Shown one piece after another: positions 47,625-50,201 of a DNA stretch of 50,201 nucleotides. Position 1 is the stretch's first letter, and each line of letters begins with the position of its first letter. Both the position numbers and the translations under genes were made by a program. This DNA is from a virus (taxonomy: Duplodnaviria; Caudoviricetes), in IMG/VR virus record IMGVR_UViG_3300017778_001537, positions 1 to 50,201 of that record. One strand, given 5' to 3'. Below the pieces are notes generated by a model. That model had not been told where the DNA came from. It searched no databases and worked only from the letters and a program-made list of their open reading frames with translations.

Positions 47625-48056
47625 ATGCGGTATGAAGTGACTGGTGGAGACAAGAGGAAGCAAGATATTGTGCATAAAGCAATGTCCCATGTCATCCATC
47701 TTGTGAAGATTCCCAACAATGTATATGTAGAGATAGATTTCATCAGATCTGGCACACATGGTGTTATACAGGATACGAAGACACGGTTCCTATTGGAGAT
47801 CGTCAACACAGTCAGTCTAGCAGAGATTGCATACACAGTGTTCCATGAGATGAAGCACATTGAGCAGATGACGTCTGGCAAGCTACTACATACCCATGAC
47901 AAAACCCTCTGGATAGGTGAAGATCACACTGATACTGCATACTTAGACTGTCCGTGGGAGGTTGAGGCATATAAATTTGAGCGTAGTGCAGATTTGATGT
48001 TGACTTCCTTTGCACCAACGCTTATATTGGGGACACAGAAGGAGGAACGAGTATGA
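47625..48056 (+). CDS. zincin metallopeptidase-like protein
   Basis: HEMKH..Q, Y...PWE.EA. Confidence 0.8.
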   Translation: MRYEVTGGDKRKQDIVHKAMSHVIHLVKIPNNVYVEIDFIRSGTHGVIQDTKTRFLLEIVNTVSLAEIAYTVFHEMKHIEQMTSGKLLHTHDKTLWIGEDHTDTAYLDCPWEVEAYKFERSADLMLTSFAPTLILGTQKEERV

Positions 48057-48238
48057 ATAAGTACAACGATGCGGTGATGGATGAGCTTTGGAAAATCTAT
48101 GCAAAGCCAGTGCCGACTGATTTTGAACTGGAAATGAAGCAAGAGCTCAATGCTTGGATCAAGAAGCAACCCGCTCATAAGTCGTGGGCTACTCCTGCAA
48201 AATCTGCAGAAGAATTCTGGAATGAAAGGTTAAACTAA
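48053..48238 (+). CDS. hypothetical protein
   Basis: AGGAGG SD; promoter TTGACT-N17-TATATT at 48000. Confidence 0.7.
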   Translation: MNKYNDAVMDELWKIYAKPVPTDFELEMKQELNAWIKKQPAHKSWATPAKSAEEFWNERLN

Positions 48239-48444
48239 TGTCAACAAAACACACAACCCAAACATCATTCCCAATTCTGGGGATTCTTGGTTTGATCTTT
48301 ATTACCCTAAAGCTGACTGGCCATATTACTTGGTCGTGGTGGTGGGTTCTGTCTCCATTTTGGTTGCCGCTGTCAATTGTTTTTGGTATTATAGGACTTG
48401 CTTTTATTATTGCTTTTTTGTGGGAATGGTTCACTAGTAAGTGA
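48238..48444 (+). CDS. small membrane protein
   Basis: LIFITLKLTG.I.WSWWWVLSP.W. Confidence 0.8.
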   Translation: MSTKHTTQTSFPILGILGLIFITLKLTGHITWSWWWVLSPFWLPLSIVFGIIGLAFIIAFLWEWFTSK

Positions 48445-48452
48445 TATAAATA
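48445..48452 (+). promoter_or_regulatory. T4-type late promoter for the first tRNA group
   Basis: TATAAATA ending 7 nt before tRNA-Arg. Confidence 0.8.
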
Positions 48453-48459
48453 ACAGATT

Positions 48460-48536
48460 GCTTCCGTAGCACAACTGGACAGTGCAAGGGATTTCTACTC
48501 CCTAGGTTGAGGGTTCGAGTCCTTCCGGAAGCACCA
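48460..48536 (+). tRNA. tRNA-Arg (TCT)
   Basis: cloverleaf, anticodon loop TTTCTAC, encoded CCA. Confidence 0.95.
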
Positions 48537-48542
48537 AATATC

Positions 48543-48618
48543 GCCCATGTAGGCCAAAGGTAGAGTCAGAGGTCTTAAACACCTTACAGTGTCGGTTCGA
48601 GTCCGACCATGGGCACCA
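48543..48618 (+). tRNA. tRNA-Leu (TAA), short variable loop
   Basis: GCCCATG/CATGGGC acceptor, loop CTTAAAC, CCA. Confidence 0.9.
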
Positions 48619-48642
48619 AACACTACCATTCAGGGGAACGAT

Positions 48643-48780
48643 ATGTCTAGTATAGAATATGCAGAACTCGCCGGCTTGAACATTGCACTTAGTAACCTTC
48701 TGACGAATTTTACAACAGAAGCTGACTTGCAGGTTGCCGATTGGATAAAGAAACGAATTAAACAACTAACAGGTAAATGA
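48643..48780 (+). CDS. hypothetical protein (45 aa)
   Basis: AGGGG SD. Confidence 0.6.
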   Translation: MSSIEYAELAGLNIALSNLLTNFTTEADLQVADWIKKRIKQLTGK

Positions 48781-48953
48781 TGTACTACGTAAAAGAACAC
48801 GGCTTCTATTATGAAAAGAAGCATGGACCTTATGCAACTTTACAAGAAGCTATGGCCAATAAGCCAGTCGATAAGACTGTCGGTCGTGAAGAAGCTGTTG
48901 TAAGATTTACAATTGAGTCATCTGAGGGAACCGTTCAGCAACTCAACGGATAG
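48777..48953 (+). CDS. hypothetical protein (58 aa)
   Basis: ATGA coupling to previous ORF. Confidence 0.6.
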   Translation: MMYYVKEHGFYYEKKHGPYATLQEAMANKPVDKTVGREEAVVRFTIESSEGTVQQLNG

Positions 48954-48954
48954 T

Positions 48955-49045
48955 GGAAGTGAGACTTGGTAGTCAGAGGAGTCTTATAAGCTCTTTGCGC
49001 CAGATTAGCGCCTTTGAGGTGGTTCAAATCCACCCACTTCTACCA
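48955..49045 (+). tRNA. atypical tRNA with TAT anticodon (Ile?)
   Basis: GGAAGTG/CACTTCT-ACCA acceptor, 4-nt D loop, loop CTTATAA, long variable arm, GGTGG-TTCAAAT-CCACC T arm. Confidence 0.8.
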
Positions 49046-49059
49046 TAAAAGAGATACCC

Positions 49060-49143
49060 ATGACCCGACTAGAAATATGCCTTGTTATACTAAACATTAT
49101 CACCAGTGTAGCAATTATTGCAAACACTATTCACCAATGGTAA
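49060..49143 (+). CDS. 27-aa single-TM micro-protein
   Basis: MTRLEICLVILNIITSVAIIANTIHQW; GAG SD. Confidence 0.45.
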   Translation: MTRLEICLVILNIITSVAIIANTIHQW

Positions 49144-49144
49144 T

Positions 49145-49221
49145 GCTCCTGTAGCTCAGTTGGTTAGAGCTGGGCGCTCATAACGCCTAGGTCAGGGGTT
49201 CAAATCCCTTCGGGAGCACCA
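49145..49221 (+). tRNA. tRNA with CAT anticodon (probably Ile2; elongator Met possible)
   Basis: loop CTCATAA; C4-G69 and C5-G68 as in TilS substrates; G1-C72 paired, so not an initiator. Confidence 0.9.
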
Positions 49222-49222
49222 A

Positions 49223-49369
49223 ATGAATTATGATAAGTTTAAACAAGAATTCTGGCAATGGTTTGACTCATTGCCCGTTGACAAAAAAGAAAAGTACTGG
49301 TACTATGGGTACGACATTGCTGAAACCAACTTTGACATTTTAGTGTATTCTAAAAAGTGTAAACAATAA
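49223..49369 (+). CDS. hypothetical protein (48 aa)
   Basis: aromatic-rich ORF between tRNA and dps. Confidence 0.55.
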   Translation: MNYDKFKQEFWQWFDSLPVDKKEKYWYYGYDIAETNFDILVYSKKCKQ

Positions 49370-49379
49370 AGGATATCGT

Positions 49380-49817
49380 ATGGAACCTGTATCAGAAAGA
49401 CTCAAAATTGCTCTTGCTTCTGCATTTTCATTCTACCTCAAGGCCCATTACTTCCATTGGAATGTGACTGGCCCGAGCTTCTCTGAGTACCACAAGTTCT
49501 TTGAGGAAATATACTCAGAGGTGCATGCGTCGATTGATGCTTACGCTGAACACATCCGAGTGCTTGGAGCATATGCGCCTGGCTCTCTAAACAGAATGGC
49601 AGAGTTGACTTCCATTCAAGATATCGATACAATCCCAACTAGCCTAGATATGATTCGCATTCTAGAAGCTGACAATGATGTGTTGATTGCTGAGCTATAC
49701 GCTGCTCGAGAGTATGCTGATGCTGCTGGACAGTACGGTGTTGTAAACTTCCTAGAGGAACGGATTAATGCTCACGAAAAACTTCGCTGGATGTTGAAAA
49801 GTTTTGGTGGAATCTGA
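49380..49817 (+). CDS. dps: Dps family ferritin-like protein
   Basis: HYFHWNVTGPSF..YH.FFEE.Y......D..AE.IR.LG; HEK..WML. Confidence 0.95.
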   Translation: MEPVSERLKIALASAFSFYLKAHYFHWNVTGPSFSEYHKFFEEIYSEVHASIDAYAEHIRVLGAYAPGSLNRMAELTSIQDIDTIPTSLDMIRILEADNDVLIAELYAAREYADAAGQYGVVNFLEERINAHEKLRWMLKSFGGI

Positions 49818-49827
49818 AAAATAACTG

Positions 49828-49857
49828 TTGACTTATTGTAACAAAGTACTATATAAT
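49828..49857 (+). promoter_or_regulatory. sigma70-like promoter of the leader/tRNA operon
   Basis: CTGTTGACT-N18-TATAAT. Confidence 0.75.
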
Positions 49858-49887
49858 AGAAGTACAAACAAAGGAACTCTACTGCAA

Positions 49888-49974
49888 ATGACTTCGCTGC
49901 ATAAACAAAATCAAAACTGGTTTATGACCCCGCTCTGCGGCGAATATATTCGCATGTGTGGAGGCTCTATGTAA
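49888..49974 (+). CDS. putative attenuator leader peptide MTSLHKQNQNWFMTPLCGEYIRMCGGSM
   Basis: AAGGA SD (12-nt spacing); 3' end overlaps the antiterminator arm. Confidence 0.65.
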   Translation: MTSLHKQNQNWFMTPLCGEYIRMCGGSM

Positions 49975-50002
49975 CGTATACCAAAGTATACCTTATCAAA
50001 GA

Positions 50003-50035
50003 GCCCTCCCAGATGAAAATCTCGGAGGGTTTTTT
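50003..50035 (+). terminator. intrinsic terminator (attenuator) upstream of tRNA-Cys
   Basis: GCCCTCC-C-AGAT-GAAA-ATCT-C-GGAGGGT-TTTTT. Confidence 0.85.
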
Positions 50036-50040
50036 AATAC

Positions 50041-50118
50041 GGTGTGGTGCTCGAGTGGCCCAAGGGAATGGATTGCAAATCCATAAAGTCGTGAGTTCGA
50101 ATCTCACCCACACCTCCA
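50041..50118 (+). tRNA. tRNA-Cys (GCA)
   Basis: GGTGTGG/CCACACC, U73, loop TTGCAAA, CCA. Confidence 0.93.
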
Positions 50119-50120
50119 AT

Positions 50121-50195
50121 GTCGGTGTAGCTCAGTGGTAGAGCGGCGGTCTCCAAAACCGCGCGTAGGGGGTTCGATTCCCTCCACCTTCGCCA
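50121..50195 (+). tRNA. tRNA-Trp (CCA)
   Basis: loop CTCCAAA, G73-CCA; two mismatches in the acceptor stem. Confidence 0.88.
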
Positions 50196-50201
50196 ATTTG
50201 G

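Noticed and set aside
48502-48765. minus-strand ORF containing WCPWSDSNRH
   Set aside because: Typical translation of tRNA reverse complements
49956-50141. 61-aa ORF
   Set aside because: Runs through the terminator and tRNA-Cys/Trp; the 49888 uORF explains the region better
1-50201. CRISPR array, stop-codon recoding or suppressor tRNA
   Set aside because: No spaced direct repeats seen; genes are intact in the standard code with all three stops used; the TAA anticodon reads Leu UUA, not a stop

Overview
This is a 50 kb slice of a large T4-like (myovirus) phage genome. Essentially all genes are on the + strand and use the standard code. The host is inferred to be an alphaproteobacterium, from a circularly permuted two-piece tmRNA, a DUF1127 protein, a small porin-like protein and a SleB-type hydrolase. 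Contents: (1) the T4 replication core (gp44/62, regA, gp43, an AEP-type primase, uvsX, gp40-like, gp41, thyX, nrdA/B, denA, rnh, phoH, glutaredoxin); (2) a 7-deazaguanine DNA-modification cluster (queD, queE, folE, DpdL-like, DpdA-like; no queC seen) that predicts dDG DNA; (3) sugar/surface-modification genes (kdsA, cytidylyltransferase, UDP-Glc dehydrogenase, two sulfotransferases, about 7 glycosyltransferases, 2 methyltransferases); (4) early-gene cassettes behind repeated TTGACT-N17-TATATT promoters; (5) a late block whose proteins share a T4-like capsid-targeting N-terminus, including a ligase-like enzyme, a nucleotidyltransferase and a PD-(D/E)XK nuclease, plus a lone sigma70 region-4 module; (6) spanins, Dps and six tRNAs. 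The top candidate for a novel system is a leader-peptide transcription attenuator at 49828-50040. Its 28-codon leader samples 17 amino acids and 23 codons, and has a mutually exclusive antiterminator/terminator directly upstream of a tRNA array, which suggests a sensor that switches on phage tRNAs when host tRNAs are depleted. All family assignments come from motif recognition by eye, with no database searches.
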